Assembly (NCBI GenBank): GCA_963823035.1
Contig: CAWGKG010000019.1
Coordinates: 1 to 64,000 of the forward strand
Origin: an uncultured Gemmatimonadales bacterium
Lineage (GTDB): Bacteria > Gemmatimonadota > Gemmatimonadetes > Longimicrobiales > Gaopeijiaceae
Length of the DNA: 64,000 nucleotides
Direction of reading: 5' to 3'
Positions 10,745-19,670 of this stretch are shown in pieces. Every line of letters starts with the position of its first letter. Position 1 is the first letter of the stretch. Made by a program: the position numbers and the translations under genes. The notes beneath the pieces are model-generated. The model was not told where the DNA came from. It saw only the letters and a list, made by a program, of their open reading frames with translations, and did no database searches.

Positions 10745-11302
10745 ATGTCCGCCATCCGACGCGTGTTCCTGGTTGGCACCCTCGCCCTCGCCCTGGCGGC
10801 ACCGGGTGCCGCCCAACAGCCGCCGACGGTCGTCACCGACCTGCTCCGCGACGTCGCCGGGGTGAAGGAGAAGATGGTGGGGCTGGCCGAAGCCATGCCC
10901 GAGGGCACGTACGAATGGCGTCCGGCCGAGGGCGTCCGCTCGGTGGTCGAGGTCTACAAGCACCTGGCGAGCGACAACTACCTCCTCGCCGCTGCCGCGG
11001 GACGAGAGGCACCCCAGGCCACGGGCATCCGGGGCGACGACTATGGCACGTCGGTGGCGTTCGAAGCGCGCGCCATGACCAAGGCGGAGGCGGTGGCGGC
11101 CCTGAGCGCGTCCTTCGATCACGCTGCCGATGCGATCCGCGCCACGTCCGCGGAGCGCCTGGGCCAGACGGTGCAGGTCTTCGGCGGGTCCATGACCGTT
11201 CAGGCGCTGTGGGTCATGATGGTCACGCACATGCACGAGCACCTGGGCCAGGCCATCGCCTACGCCCGCGTCAACGGCGTCGTCCCGCCCTGGAGCCGCT
11301 GA
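10745..11302 (+). CDS. Secreted DinB family protein
   Basis: Signal peptide; LAEAMPEGTYEWRPAEGVRSV..HLA; HMHEHLGQAIAYARVNGVVPPWS. Confidence 0.88.
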   Translation: MSAIRRVFLVGTLALALAAPGAAQQPPTVVTDLLRDVAGVKEKMVGLAEAMPEGTYEWRPAEGVRSVVEVYKHLASDNYLLAAAAGREAPQATGIRGDDYGTSVAFEARAMTKAEAVAALSASFDHAADAIRATSAERLGQTVQVFGGSMTVQALWVMMVTHMHEHLGQAIAYARVNGVVPPWSR

Positions 11303-11330
11303 GGGTGACCGCGTCGGACCAGGGGGGCCC

Positions 11331-12251
11331 TCAGCGACCTGTGCCCAGCGCTCGGAGCACGCTCCGGGGGTCCACGCTCGTGGTGCCGTAGCGCACCACC
11401 CAGTGGAGATGGGGGCCCGTCACCCGGCCTGTCGCCCCGACCCGGCCGATGGGTGTGCCGGCCTCCACGGTATCCCCCTCCTGGACGAGCTGCTCGCTCA
11501 GGTGGAAGTAGCCGCTGATGAGCCCGGCGCCGTGGTTCAGGTACACGATGTTCCCCGCCAGCAGGAAGCTGTCCACCAGCGCCACCACGCCACGCTCCGC
11601 CGCCACCACCGTATCACCGGGGTCGCCGTCGAGATCCAGCCCCAGGTGTCGGCTGGAGACCTGGCCGTTGAAGACGCGGCCGTCGCCGAATGCGCCGGTG
11701 ATCCGATCGTCCCTGGGGAGAACGGCGCGGGCCGTCCAGAGCCGGGCCGTTTGCTCCGCCTCACGGGAGACCGCGAGGGCCTTGGCCTGGTCGCCGGCCA
11801 GGCGAGCGCTGTTCTCCTTGCTCAGTGGCGAGCCGAACTCGGGTGCCACCGTGAGCTTCTCGTGGCGGAAGGACCCTGCGGCCACGGGGACGGAAGCCGC
11901 GAGGGAGCGGGAGGACCCGGAGACATCGTGGAGGGTGAGGGCCACCTCGACGCTGTCCGACGCATCCACGGGCACGGGGGCCAACGACTCGAGGGCGCCG
12001 CCGTCCACCGGATAGAAGTGGAGATCCTCTCCGCCGGCCCGTCCGGACACGTCCTTCAGCGCCGTGCCCGGCGAGGGCGTGACCCGCAGGACGATGAGCG
12101 TTCCCTGCGTGGGCCGCTCGGGGCGCCAGGTCAGGGTGGCCGAGGCCGGAACCGTGTCCCCGAGCTGGCTCGCGACCGCGCCACGCGGCTGCACGGAACC
12201 GGCCAGGACGACGACGAGCCCGACTCGGGTCACGCCCCTGCGTACCATCAC
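11331..12251 (-). CDS. M23 family metallopeptidase
   Basis: HLGLDL, HGAGLISGYFHLS, GATGRVTGPHLHW. Confidence 0.9.
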   Translation of the reverse strand: MMVRRGVTRVGLVVVLAGSVQPRGAVASQLGDTVPASATLTWRPERPTQGTLIVLRVTPSPGTALKDVSGRAGGEDLHFYPVDGGALESLAPVPVDASDSVEVALTLHDVSGSSRSLAASVPVAAGSFRHEKLTVAPEFGSPLSKENSARLAGDQAKALAVSREAEQTARLWTARAVLPRDDRITGAFGDGRVFNGQVSSRHLGLDLDGDPGDTVVAAERGVVALVDSFLLAGNIVYLNHGAGLISGYFHLSEQLVQEGDTVEAGTPIGRVGATGRVTGPHLHWVVRYGTTSVDPRSVLRALGTGR

Positions 12252-12280
12252 CGGCCGCTCCGAACGGCCTACGCGCGCCG

Positions 12281-13729
12281 CTATCCGGCCAGCTCCTTCA
12301 AGGTCTCGGTCAGGAGCTCGTAGAAGCGCCCGACGGAGTCCACATGCACCCGCTCACCGGGAGAATGGGGGAACTCGATCTGCGGTCCGATGGAGATCAT
12401 GTCCATGCCCGGGACCATCTCCCCGATGAGGCCGCATTCCAGGCCCGCGTGGATGGCCTCCACGTGCGGCTCGGATCCAAGGACCCTGGCGTGCACGGAG
12501 CTGACGACCCCGAGAAGCCTCGAATCCAGGTCCGGCTTCCACCCGGGGTAGCCGTCGTGATGCTCCACCTTGGCGCCGGCCAGCGCCGCCACGGCCTGGA
12601 TCTTGTCTCGGATCCAGTCCAGACCGGAGGCCACCGACGACCGCGAGCTCATGAGGACCCTCAGGGTCCCGTCCATGTTCTTCACGGCGGCCAGGTTCGT
12701 GCTGGTCTCCACCAGTCCCGGGATGTCGTTGCTCATGGCCACAACGCCGTGGGGCAGGGCCACGACGAGCTGGAGGACCCGAGCGCCGGCATCGGAGCTC
12801 CATACCGTGTCCGGCACCGCCACCTCCGCCACGCTCATGTCCATCCCCGGCTCGGGCACCGAGTACTCGTCCTTCACCCTCTCGAGCTGGGCGTCGAGGC
12901 GCGAGAAGAACTCCCCCGCCGCGCCCTCCGGGATCACCACCGTCGCCCGTGCTTCGCGGGGAATGGCATTGTGCTTGTTCCCGCCCTCGATGCTCGCGAG
13001 GAAGCCGGGGTGCTCCGCTGCGCGGAGCATGCGGGCCAGGAGCTGGACGGCGTTTCCCCGCTGCAGGTGGATGTCCACGCCCGAGTGCCCCCCTTGGAGG
13101 CCGAAGAGCCTCACCGTGTGCGCGGCGGCTTTCCCGGGGGCGGGCTCGGTGTCCAGGGTGAGCGTCAGGTCGGTGTCGGCCCCGCCGGCGCACCCCACCG
13201 TGAGGGTTCCCTCCGCCTCGGAGTCCAGGTTGATGAGTTGTTTCCCGGAGAGCAGGGAGGGGTCGAGTCCCATGGCCCCGGTGAGGCCGGTCTCCTCGTC
13301 GATGGTGAAGAGGAGCTCGAGGGGCCCGTGCACCAGATCGGTGGCCTCCATGACGGCGAGCATGGCGGCGACGCCGATGCCGTTGTCCGAGCCCAGCGTG
13401 GTACCGTCCGCGGTCAGGTACTCCCCTGCCAGCACCGGGCGGATGGCGTCCGTCGCGAAGTCGAAGTCCACGTCGGAGTTCTTTTCGTTCACCATGTCCA
13501 GGTGCGCCTGGAGGATGGTCGCGGGCGCGTGCTCCTTGCCCGTCGTCCCAGGCTTCTTCACGACCACGTTCCCCGTCGCGTCGATACGATGCTCCAGGCC
13601 GTTCCGCTGTGCGACGCCCACCACGAAGGCCCGCATCTCGTCCTCTTCCTTGGATCCGCGGGGGATGGTGAGGATGTCGTCGAAGTGGCTCCACAGAGGC
13701 TTCGGTTCGAGGTCGGATACGAAAGTCAT
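12281..13729 (-). CDS. pepD: Aminoacyl-histidine dipeptidase (M20C)
   Basis: IPRGSKEE, LQAHLDMV, GTTLGSDNGIG, FTIDEETGLTGA, GGHSG.DIH, LVETSTN, IHAGLECG, HSPGE. Confidence 0.92.
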   Translation of the reverse strand: MTFVSDLEPKPLWSHFDDILTIPRGSKEEDEMRAFVVGVAQRNGLEHRIDATGNVVVKKPGTTGKEHAPATILQAHLDMVNEKNSDVDFDFATDAIRPVLAGEYLTADGTTLGSDNGIGVAAMLAVMEATDLVHGPLELLFTIDEETGLTGAMGLDPSLLSGKQLINLDSEAEGTLTVGCAGGADTDLTLTLDTEPAPGKAAAHTVRLFGLQGGHSGVDIHLQRGNAVQLLARMLRAAEHPGFLASIEGGNKHNAIPREARATVVIPEGAAGEFFSRLDAQLERVKDEYSVPEPGMDMSVAEVAVPDTVWSSDAGARVLQLVVALPHGVVAMSNDIPGLVETSTNLAAVKNMDGTLRVLMSSRSSVASGLDWIRDKIQAVAALAGAKVEHHDGYPGWKPDLDSRLLGVVSSVHARVLGSEPHVEAIHAGLECGLIGEMVPGMDMISIGPQIEFPHSPGERVHVDSVGRFYELLTETLKELAG

Positions 13730-13964
13730 GATTCGATTCCCCGTGAGGGCCCGGGACGTCCGGGTCGGATGGGTAGGGGTCGCGGGTGTGCCGGCTCGTG
13801 GAAACTGGCGAAGGACGGCAGGGATCGAAACGGGGCCGCGCCAAGAGCGGGTGTAGCCGTCGCGGCCCGGCTCTTGCCCGCCTGGTGCGGCGCGGGCACC
13901 TTCGAATCCTCCGTGCGGCGTGCGCCCCGGGGCTCCCGGAACCGAACCAAGGGCGGAAACCACC

Positions 13965-14315
13965 ATGACGACACCGAAGCTGCGCGGCCGCTCGAGCCGC
14001 CGCTTGCTCCTCTCGGCCCTGCTCGGTCTCGGTCTCGGCGCGTGTGCGCCCACGCTGCGCATCAGCGACCTGCTCGACGAGCCCCAGCGCTACGACGGTC
14101 GGACGGTCCAGGTGGAGGGGATGGTCACGCGGAGCGCCGGGCTGTTCGGCGCGGGGGCGTACCAGGTCGATGACGGTACCGGATCGATCTACGTGATCGC
14201 ACAGGGCCGGGGCGTGCCGCGAGAGGGCGCGAAGACGAAGGCGAAGGGTCGGTTCCAGTCGGTGTTCAACCTCGCCGGGCGGACGATCGCCGCGATCGTG
14301 CAGGGGCGGGACTAG
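13965..14315 (+). CDS. Small lipoprotein, probable OB-fold
   Basis: Lipobox LGAC; ISDLLDEPQRYDGRTVQVEG, YQVDDGTGSIYV. Confidence 0.65.
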   Translation: MTTPKLRGRSSRRLLLSALLGLGLGACAPTLRISDLLDEPQRYDGRTVQVEGMVTRSAGLFGAGAYQVDDGTGSIYVIAQGRGVPREGAKTKAKGRFQSVFNLAGRTIAAIVQGRD

Positions 14316-14335
14316 CGGGTCCGTCGCCTCGAGGG

Positions 14336-14824
14336 ATGGAATCAGGGTCTCTTCCCCCGGCTCCCCGTGCACTACGTGAAGCCCGCATCGTGGCGAGGGT
14401 CCTCGACGACCTCGTGCGCGTTCCGGGTACCCGGTGGAGGGTAGGGCTCGATCCGTTGCTCGGCTTGCTGCCCGGCCTGGGGGACTGGTTGGGGTGGGTG
14501 GCCTCGGGGCACCTGCTGGTGGCCGCGTCCCGCATGGGCGCGCCGGCCCCGGTCATCCTGCGCATGGCGGGCAACGCATTGGTGGATGCCGTCCTGGGAG
14601 CCGTGCCTCTTCTGGGGGACCTCTTCGACCTGGGTTGGAAGGCGAACCGCCGGAACCTGATACTGTTGGAGCGCCTCGTGGCCGACTCCGCAGCCACGGT
14701 GCGGGCGAGCCGGCTGGTGGTGGGCCTGGTCCTGACCATGACCATCGGCGTCACGGTGGGCACCGCCGTGGGTGCGGTCGTGCTCTTCCGGTGGGTGCTG
14801 GGTTGGGTGGGGCTGACTTCCTGA
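14336..14824 (+). CDS. DUF4112 family membrane protein
   Basis: LDDLVRVPGT..GLDPLLGLLPGLGD..GAVPLLGDLFD..KANRRN. Confidence 0.85.
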   Translation: MESGSLPPAPRALREARIVARVLDDLVRVPGTRWRVGLDPLLGLLPGLGDWLGWVASGHLLVAASRMGAPAPVILRMAGNALVDAVLGAVPLLGDLFDLGWKANRRNLILLERLVADSAATVRASRLVVGLVLTMTIGVTVGTAVGAVVLFRWVLGWVGLTS

Positions 14825-14846
14825 ACGCGCCTCCCTCTCGGGACCG

Positions 14847-17800
14847 TCACGTCACGATGTTCTTGCCGCGCAGGTGCGTGAGGACGGGGTGCACGACCAG
14901 CGGCCGGATCCGGTATCGCTGTTCGTCGTCGATGGTCGTGAACACGAACTGTGTGACCCGCTCGGAGGTCTGTGCCGGCTCGATGACGAGGAGGTTCCCC
15001 AGCGACTCGAGCAGGTGGTGGCTCTCGTCATGTGGCATGCGGAAGATCCGGCCGTGCTCGGCGAGCGAGAGTGTGGCGTGGTCGAGAAACGCCTTCAGGG
15101 TGAAGGACTGCGACAGCGTGAACGCGTCGATGAAGGCGAAGCTGACCGGCTCGACGGCGCGCACACGCACCGTGCTCGTGTCGGGGTCCAACTGGACCGA
15201 GCGCACCCAGTAGAAGAGCGCCAGCAGCAGGTTCTGTCCGGTGAGCCGCGAAAGCTGGTCGAAATACTCGGCTCGCAGGATCTTCTGGCGCTCCTCGTCG
15301 TCGCGTGCGCGGCCCAGTCGTCGGCCCAGCAACGAAGGCGTCACGCTGGGGGGAAGGAACTCGAGGCCCAACCCGCTTCGCTTGTGTCGGTTCACGATCA
15401 CCGCCTCGAGCGCGTTGCGCCCCAGCGGTGCGAGCGCGTGGCGACGCACCAGGCATGCCGTGGATGCCTCGACCTTCTCGATATAACTCCACGCCGGCTC
15501 CGCGAGCGTGGCCACCCAGAAGACGCTCGAGTCGACCCTGGACATGAACGCCAGGAAGGGGCCGACCAGGCCGTTGTCTGCGCTCGTGCGCAGGAACAGG
15601 TGCTCCAGGTTCTCGATGATGCACACCAGGGGCTTTCCGTCTTCCCGCTTCCGGCTCGACAGGGCGCCCGCGAGGCGGTCCAGTGTCCACGCACTGCCGT
15701 CGTCCAGGCCCAGCTCCTCGGCGAGTCTGCCTGCGAAGGCGCCTTCGTCCAGGACGCGCTCGGTCACGCGGACCCTGTGGACGTCCGCCTCCCGCAGCAC
15801 GGTCTCGGCGACCGCGTTGATGAAGCTGGTGCGTCCGTTGCCATCGTATCCGGTCACGACGAACGCGTCGGTCAGCCCCTCCCGCCAGTGCGCGAAGTGG
15901 GTGGTGAGCGCGTCGACGTCGGATGCTCGCCCTTCGAGCAGGCCGGGATCGCTCACGGGCTGGAAGGAGAACAGCCGGCGGTACACCAGGGGCAGGGCGC
16001 TGAGAACGTCGTCGAGGGTGGACAGAGCTTCGATGGTGCGGCGCTTCTGCTCTTCGGTTACACGTTCGCCCTCCAGCGCCGATTGCCCAAGACGCACGAG
16101 CCTCATGGCCCGGCCTCGGCCGAGCCGCAGCCAGCGCATGCTCCAGCGGGTGGCGCCGCGCGCGGTCGTACTCATGGCGGCCATGCGTTGGCGCACCTCG
16201 GAGCGGACCCGGTAGCGGAAGTCGAGGATCTGCTCCTGCATGCGATCCTCGACGCCGACCCGGCCGTGGAACTGCTCCCAACCGCGCGCGTGTGCCTCGA
16301 ACAGGCGATGCCTGAAGCGCGGCAGCTCCGCGGCGATGTCGCCGCGCAGCTCGTCAAGCGTACCGAGCGAGCGGTCGAGCCCGTTGAGTGCAAGCTCCTG
16401 CGCGCCGTCCAGCCGCGTGCCCAGGTCGCCCGCGTCCGCATCCAGCTCGTCCAGGGCGGAGTCCAGGTTGAAGCGGAGCACGCTCCCGAGTTGATGGGTC
16501 TCCTCCCGGACCCGGTCGAGCGCCGCGGCCATGGGATCCGGAGCGACGCGGAACCGCTCCAGGAGCACTGCGTCGTAGGCTTGCTCCGCGATCTGCCGGA
16601 GGCGGATCTCGGTCGACTTCGCGACCGGCTCGACCACGTCCGGCGCCAGGGCGGGCTGGTGCACGACGAGTTCGTCCGGGAGGGATTCGAGGAGTGCGAC
16701 GATTTCGCCCACGCGCCCGTCCGCGTGGGCCCGGATGGAGGCGTCGATCGCGCTCGAACGCATCGGCTCCAGGACGTGTGCCTCCAGCGCGCCCGTGACG
16801 GTGTCGCGGGCCGCCGACAGCCGCTCCCGCAGCTCCCTCAGGGCGCCGCTCTCGCGCGTAAGGCGAACGGTGGACTCGACGTCACGCCGAACGGTGCCCA
16901 GGGTTTCCCGCGCGCTCTGGAGCATCGCGCGCACGGGATCCACCACGGTGGTCTCCAGGTCGCTTTCGAAGGCGTCCAGGAGTCCGAGCAGCTGTCCTCG
17001 CACGTGATCCAGATGGATGTCGAGCTCGACCCGCGCGACGACCTGGCGGTACCACCCGGTCCAACGGGACCCCCGTTCGGCGGCCTCGCGGGCCACGCGC
17101 GTGGGCCGGTCCCGCGATGCCCGGTGGGCGGGGGCCAACATGAAGGTGCCCACCTGCCTGAGATCGCGCAGCAGCGAAGGGCGCACCGCGGAAACGGCGG
17201 TGGCCAGGCTCTCTTCCAGGCCGGCCAGCGGATCGGCCGTGGCCATGGCCTCGAGCGCGGAGCGAAGGGCGGAGGCCGCACGCTCCGCCGCCTCCACGTG
17301 GATCGCCGGATCCGGCGGCTCGGACTCCTGGTCGTCCTCCACGTCGGGAGCGTCCGATCCGTCGTTGGGCGCGTGGTTCGAGGTGGACGCGTGGTGGGCG
17401 GGTCGGTCGAGCGCGGCGTCCGCCTCGAGCAGCGTATCAGCCCACGCGCTCACGTCGCGCTCGCAGTCGCTCAGGTGGCTCGCCAGGCGCTGGCGCACCA
17501 CCTCCAGGGCCGCGTCGTCTCCGGCGGCGAGGCGCGACGTCGTGTGGTAGTGCAGCAGCGTACGAAGGGGGACGACCTGCACGCGGGCCGGGGGCGGGGA
17601 CAGGTCCTTGCCGCGCAGGCGACGGCCCAGGTTCGGGACCGAGCGTCCGGCGGCTTCGAGGAATCTCCCGGCACGCACCAGCGCCTTTCCGGCGCGCTGG
17701 ACGACGGGGTCGCCGTCGTGACGGCTGTAGGTGTCGACCGGCTCCGCGCGGGTCAGCTCGGCCGGCCCCGAGGCGGCCGCATCCGTCAGCCCTCGACGCG

Positions 17801-18128
17801 CCTCGGCCAGGCAGTCGACGAGACGCTGCCCGACGTCGATCTCGGCGAGGCGTGTATGCAGCGGAACCAGGACGCCCTCGCGCACGCCGGCGCAGTGTGC
17901 CCGAATCAGCCGCCACACCCGCTGGCGCTCGCTGTCCCTGTCGTGCGGACTCCCGGCTCCGAATGGAGCGGCCTCGACCTCTTGCGCGAGGTCCTCCGCG
18001 GCGACGCGCGCCGCGTCCTTGAGCGGACCGGTCACGCCCTGCTCGATCGCCTCGACGAGGCGGCGGTGCACAACCGCGACCGCGCTCTCGAAGAGCTCCA
18101 CCTGGCGGCCGATCTCGTCCGGCGTCAT
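14847..18128 (-). CDS. Large (1093 aa) helical protein with C-terminal AAA+/P-loop-like domain and probable wHTH
   Basis: Walker A-like VTGYDGNGRTS, Walker B-like CIIENLEHLFLR; ATGA overlap with the upstream MscS gene; paralogous to the C-terminal part of 19671-24816. Confidence 0.8.
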   Translation of the reverse strand: MTPDEIGRQVELFESAVAVVHRRLVEAIEQGVTGPLKDAARVAAEDLAQEVEAAPFGAGSPHDRDSERQRVWRLIRAHCAGVREGVLVPLHTRLAEIDVGQRLVDCLAEARRGLTDAAASGPAELTRAEPVDTYSRHDGDPVVQRAGKALVRAGRFLEAAGRSVPNLGRRLRGKDLSPPPARVQVVPLRTLLHYHTTSRLAAGDDAALEVVRQRLASHLSDCERDVSAWADTLLEADAALDRPAHHASTSNHAPNDGSDAPDVEDDQESEPPDPAIHVEAAERAASALRSALEAMATADPLAGLEESLATAVSAVRPSLLRDLRQVGTFMLAPAHRASRDRPTRVAREAAERGSRWTGWYRQVVARVELDIHLDHVRGQLLGLLDAFESDLETTVVDPVRAMLQSARETLGTVRRDVESTVRLTRESGALRELRERLSAARDTVTGALEAHVLEPMRSSAIDASIRAHADGRVGEIVALLESLPDELVVHQPALAPDVVEPVAKSTEIRLRQIAEQAYDAVLLERFRVAPDPMAAALDRVREETHQLGSVLRFNLDSALDELDADAGDLGTRLDGAQELALNGLDRSLGTLDELRGDIAAELPRFRHRLFEAHARGWEQFHGRVGVEDRMQEQILDFRYRVRSEVRQRMAAMSTTARGATRWSMRWLRLGRGRAMRLVRLGQSALEGERVTEEQKRRTIEALSTLDDVLSALPLVYRRLFSFQPVSDPGLLEGRASDVDALTTHFAHWREGLTDAFVVTGYDGNGRTSFINAVAETVLREADVHRVRVTERVLDEGAFAGRLAEELGLDDGSAWTLDRLAGALSSRKREDGKPLVCIIENLEHLFLRTSADNGLVGPFLAFMSRVDSSVFWVATLAEPAWSYIEKVEASTACLVRRHALAPLGRNALEAVIVNRHKRSGLGLEFLPPSVTPSLLGRRLGRARDDEERQKILRAEYFDQLSRLTGQNLLLALFYWVRSVQLDPDTSTVRVRAVEPVSFAFIDAFTLSQSFTLKAFLDHATLSLAEHGRIFRMPHDESHHLLESLGNLLVIEPAQTSERVTQFVFTTIDDEQRYRIRPLVVHPVLTHLRGKNIVT

Positions 18129-19432
18129 CGGTCCTCCCCCGCGTCTTCGGGGACCGGGGCGCCGGCATCAGCCGCGCCGGCGAGGTTCACCCAGGCGCGT
18201 GCGCCATCCGCCGGCGTGAGCAGGCCGGCCTTGCGAAACTCCGCGCGGGCGCGCTCCGTCACGTCGCTCATGAAGACGAACTCGTAGCGCGCATCCAGCA
18301 CGTACGCCTTCACCTTGAGGTGCGTCAGGAAGGTTTCCTTGAACTCGTCCTTCACGAGCACGACGATCGGCTTCTTCAGATAGACGTACTGAGAGCTGGC
18401 GGCCGCCTGATAGGCGATGCGCTTGGCCTTCGCTTCGTCGACGAAGCCCGGCAGGTAGAGATCCGTCACCACCTGGCAGTCGAGTGCGCCGGAATTGGCG
18501 CTGGACACCTGGGTGTCCACGATCTGTGAGTTGGGTACGGAGACGAGGCTGTCGTCCGGTGTGACGATGCGCGTCGACCGGAGTCCGATCGACACGACCT
18601 CACCATAGCTGTTGCCTACCTGGATCTTGTCGCCGACCTGGAACGGCTGATCGAAGACGATCACGAGGCCGCCGAAGATGTTCTTCACGATATCCTGCGC
18701 CGCGAAGCCGATGGCGACGCCGACGGCCGCGGCCGCAGCGAGCAGGCCGCGCGCATCCACCGCGAAGACCACGCGGATGACGAAGTAGACCGCGAACGTC
18801 CAGAGGACGATGCGGGCGATCGGGACGAGCCGCTTGAAGAACAGGCGACGTTCCGCGCTCCGCTCGGAGAGCGCGTTCAGCGCGTACGCCGTGGCGCGCA
18901 CGACGAAGAACGTGAGCATGAGCACGATCATCGCCCCGAACGCGCGCAGGCCGTAGCTCTTGGCCGTCTCGGCCGCGTCCTGGAGGACCCCGGCGGACTG
19001 GGCCGCGACCGACCCGGTGTCGCCGGCCGCCGTCGTGGCGGGCGCATCGGTCCGCAGCACGGCGAGCACGCTGTCCGTGGCACGCGTCGAGGCCTGCACC
19101 ATCGCTGACAGGCGCAGGATTTCGAGGCGCAGGCTGTCCAGGGTGCTCGGTGGTGGAACGGTCGACGCCGTCGTCGTGTCCACGGACGAATCGGGTCGGG
19201 CCGCAGTTGCACCGGTCGCCTGCCCTGCGCTGTCGGTGACGCCGGGTCCGGAATCGGGCGGGGAGACCGTGCGTGCGTCCGGAGCGCCCGGCGCGGCGAC
19301 CGTGTCGGTCGCCGCGTTCCCTCGGGACCCGACATCGCCTCCGCATGCCGCGAGGGTGACGAGGAGCGTGGTGAGGGCCGCCAGCGTCTTCACGGGGGCC
19401 CATCGTAGGGTCCGGTGGCTGGAAGCGTTCAT
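18125..19432 (-). CDS. MscS-family mechanosensitive channel with lipoprotein-like N-terminal extension
   Basis: GVAIGFAAQDIVKNIFGG, DQPFQVGDKI, GEVVSIGLRSTRIVTPDDSLVSVPN; N-terminal LAAC and low-complexity linker. Alternative start GTG 19393. Confidence 0.9.
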   Translation of the reverse strand: MNASSHRTLRWAPVKTLAALTTLLVTLAACGGDVGSRGNAATDTVAAPGAPDARTVSPPDSGPGVTDSAGQATGATAARPDSSVDTTTASTVPPPSTLDSLRLEILRLSAMVQASTRATDSVLAVLRTDAPATTAAGDTGSVAAQSAGVLQDAAETAKSYGLRAFGAMIVLMLTFFVVRATAYALNALSERSAERRLFFKRLVPIARIVLWTFAVYFVIRVVFAVDARGLLAAAAAVGVAIGFAAQDIVKNIFGGLVIVFDQPFQVGDKIQVGNSYGEVVSIGLRSTRIVTPDDSLVSVPNSQIVDTQVSSANSGALDCQVVTDLYLPGFVDEAKAKRIAYQAAASSQYVYLKKPIVVLVKDEFKETFLTHLKVKAYVLDARYEFVFMSDVTERARAEFRKAGLLTPADGARAWVNLAGAADAGAPVPEDAGEDR

Positions 19433-19670
19433 GACAGCCCCATCTGGAGGTCGACCGACAACGTGAGGTCGGACGGGGTGTCTCCCCGCGTTCTTCACAA
19501 CCCGGCAATATGGCGTTTGCCACCCTGCGTGCCCAGCGGGGGCGGCGGCACGGCCTTGCTCCGGGCACCACCGGACCCGCAAGTTCGCCGTGCACGGTGG
19601 GCGTCCGCTCCGCGCTGGCCGGATGCTCCCGCGAGCCCCTCCGCGCCCGCCCCGGGAGAACAGCCGAACG

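Noticed and set aside
13730..13964. Hairpins in the pepD divergent intergenic region
   Set aside because: Imperfect GC-rich stems with no recognizable motif.
14847..18128. Large P-loop protein as an anti-phage STAND/Avs system
   Set aside because: No nuclease, TIR, SIR2 or TPR sensor domain is evident, and the neighbours are channels and a transporter; not fully excluded.
14874..18287. Very long antisense or alternate-frame ORFs (e.g. 14874-18287 +, 20968-23634 -, 8244-10160 +)
   Set aside because: Shadow ORFs expected at high GC; they have no recognizable motifs and overlap well-supported genes.
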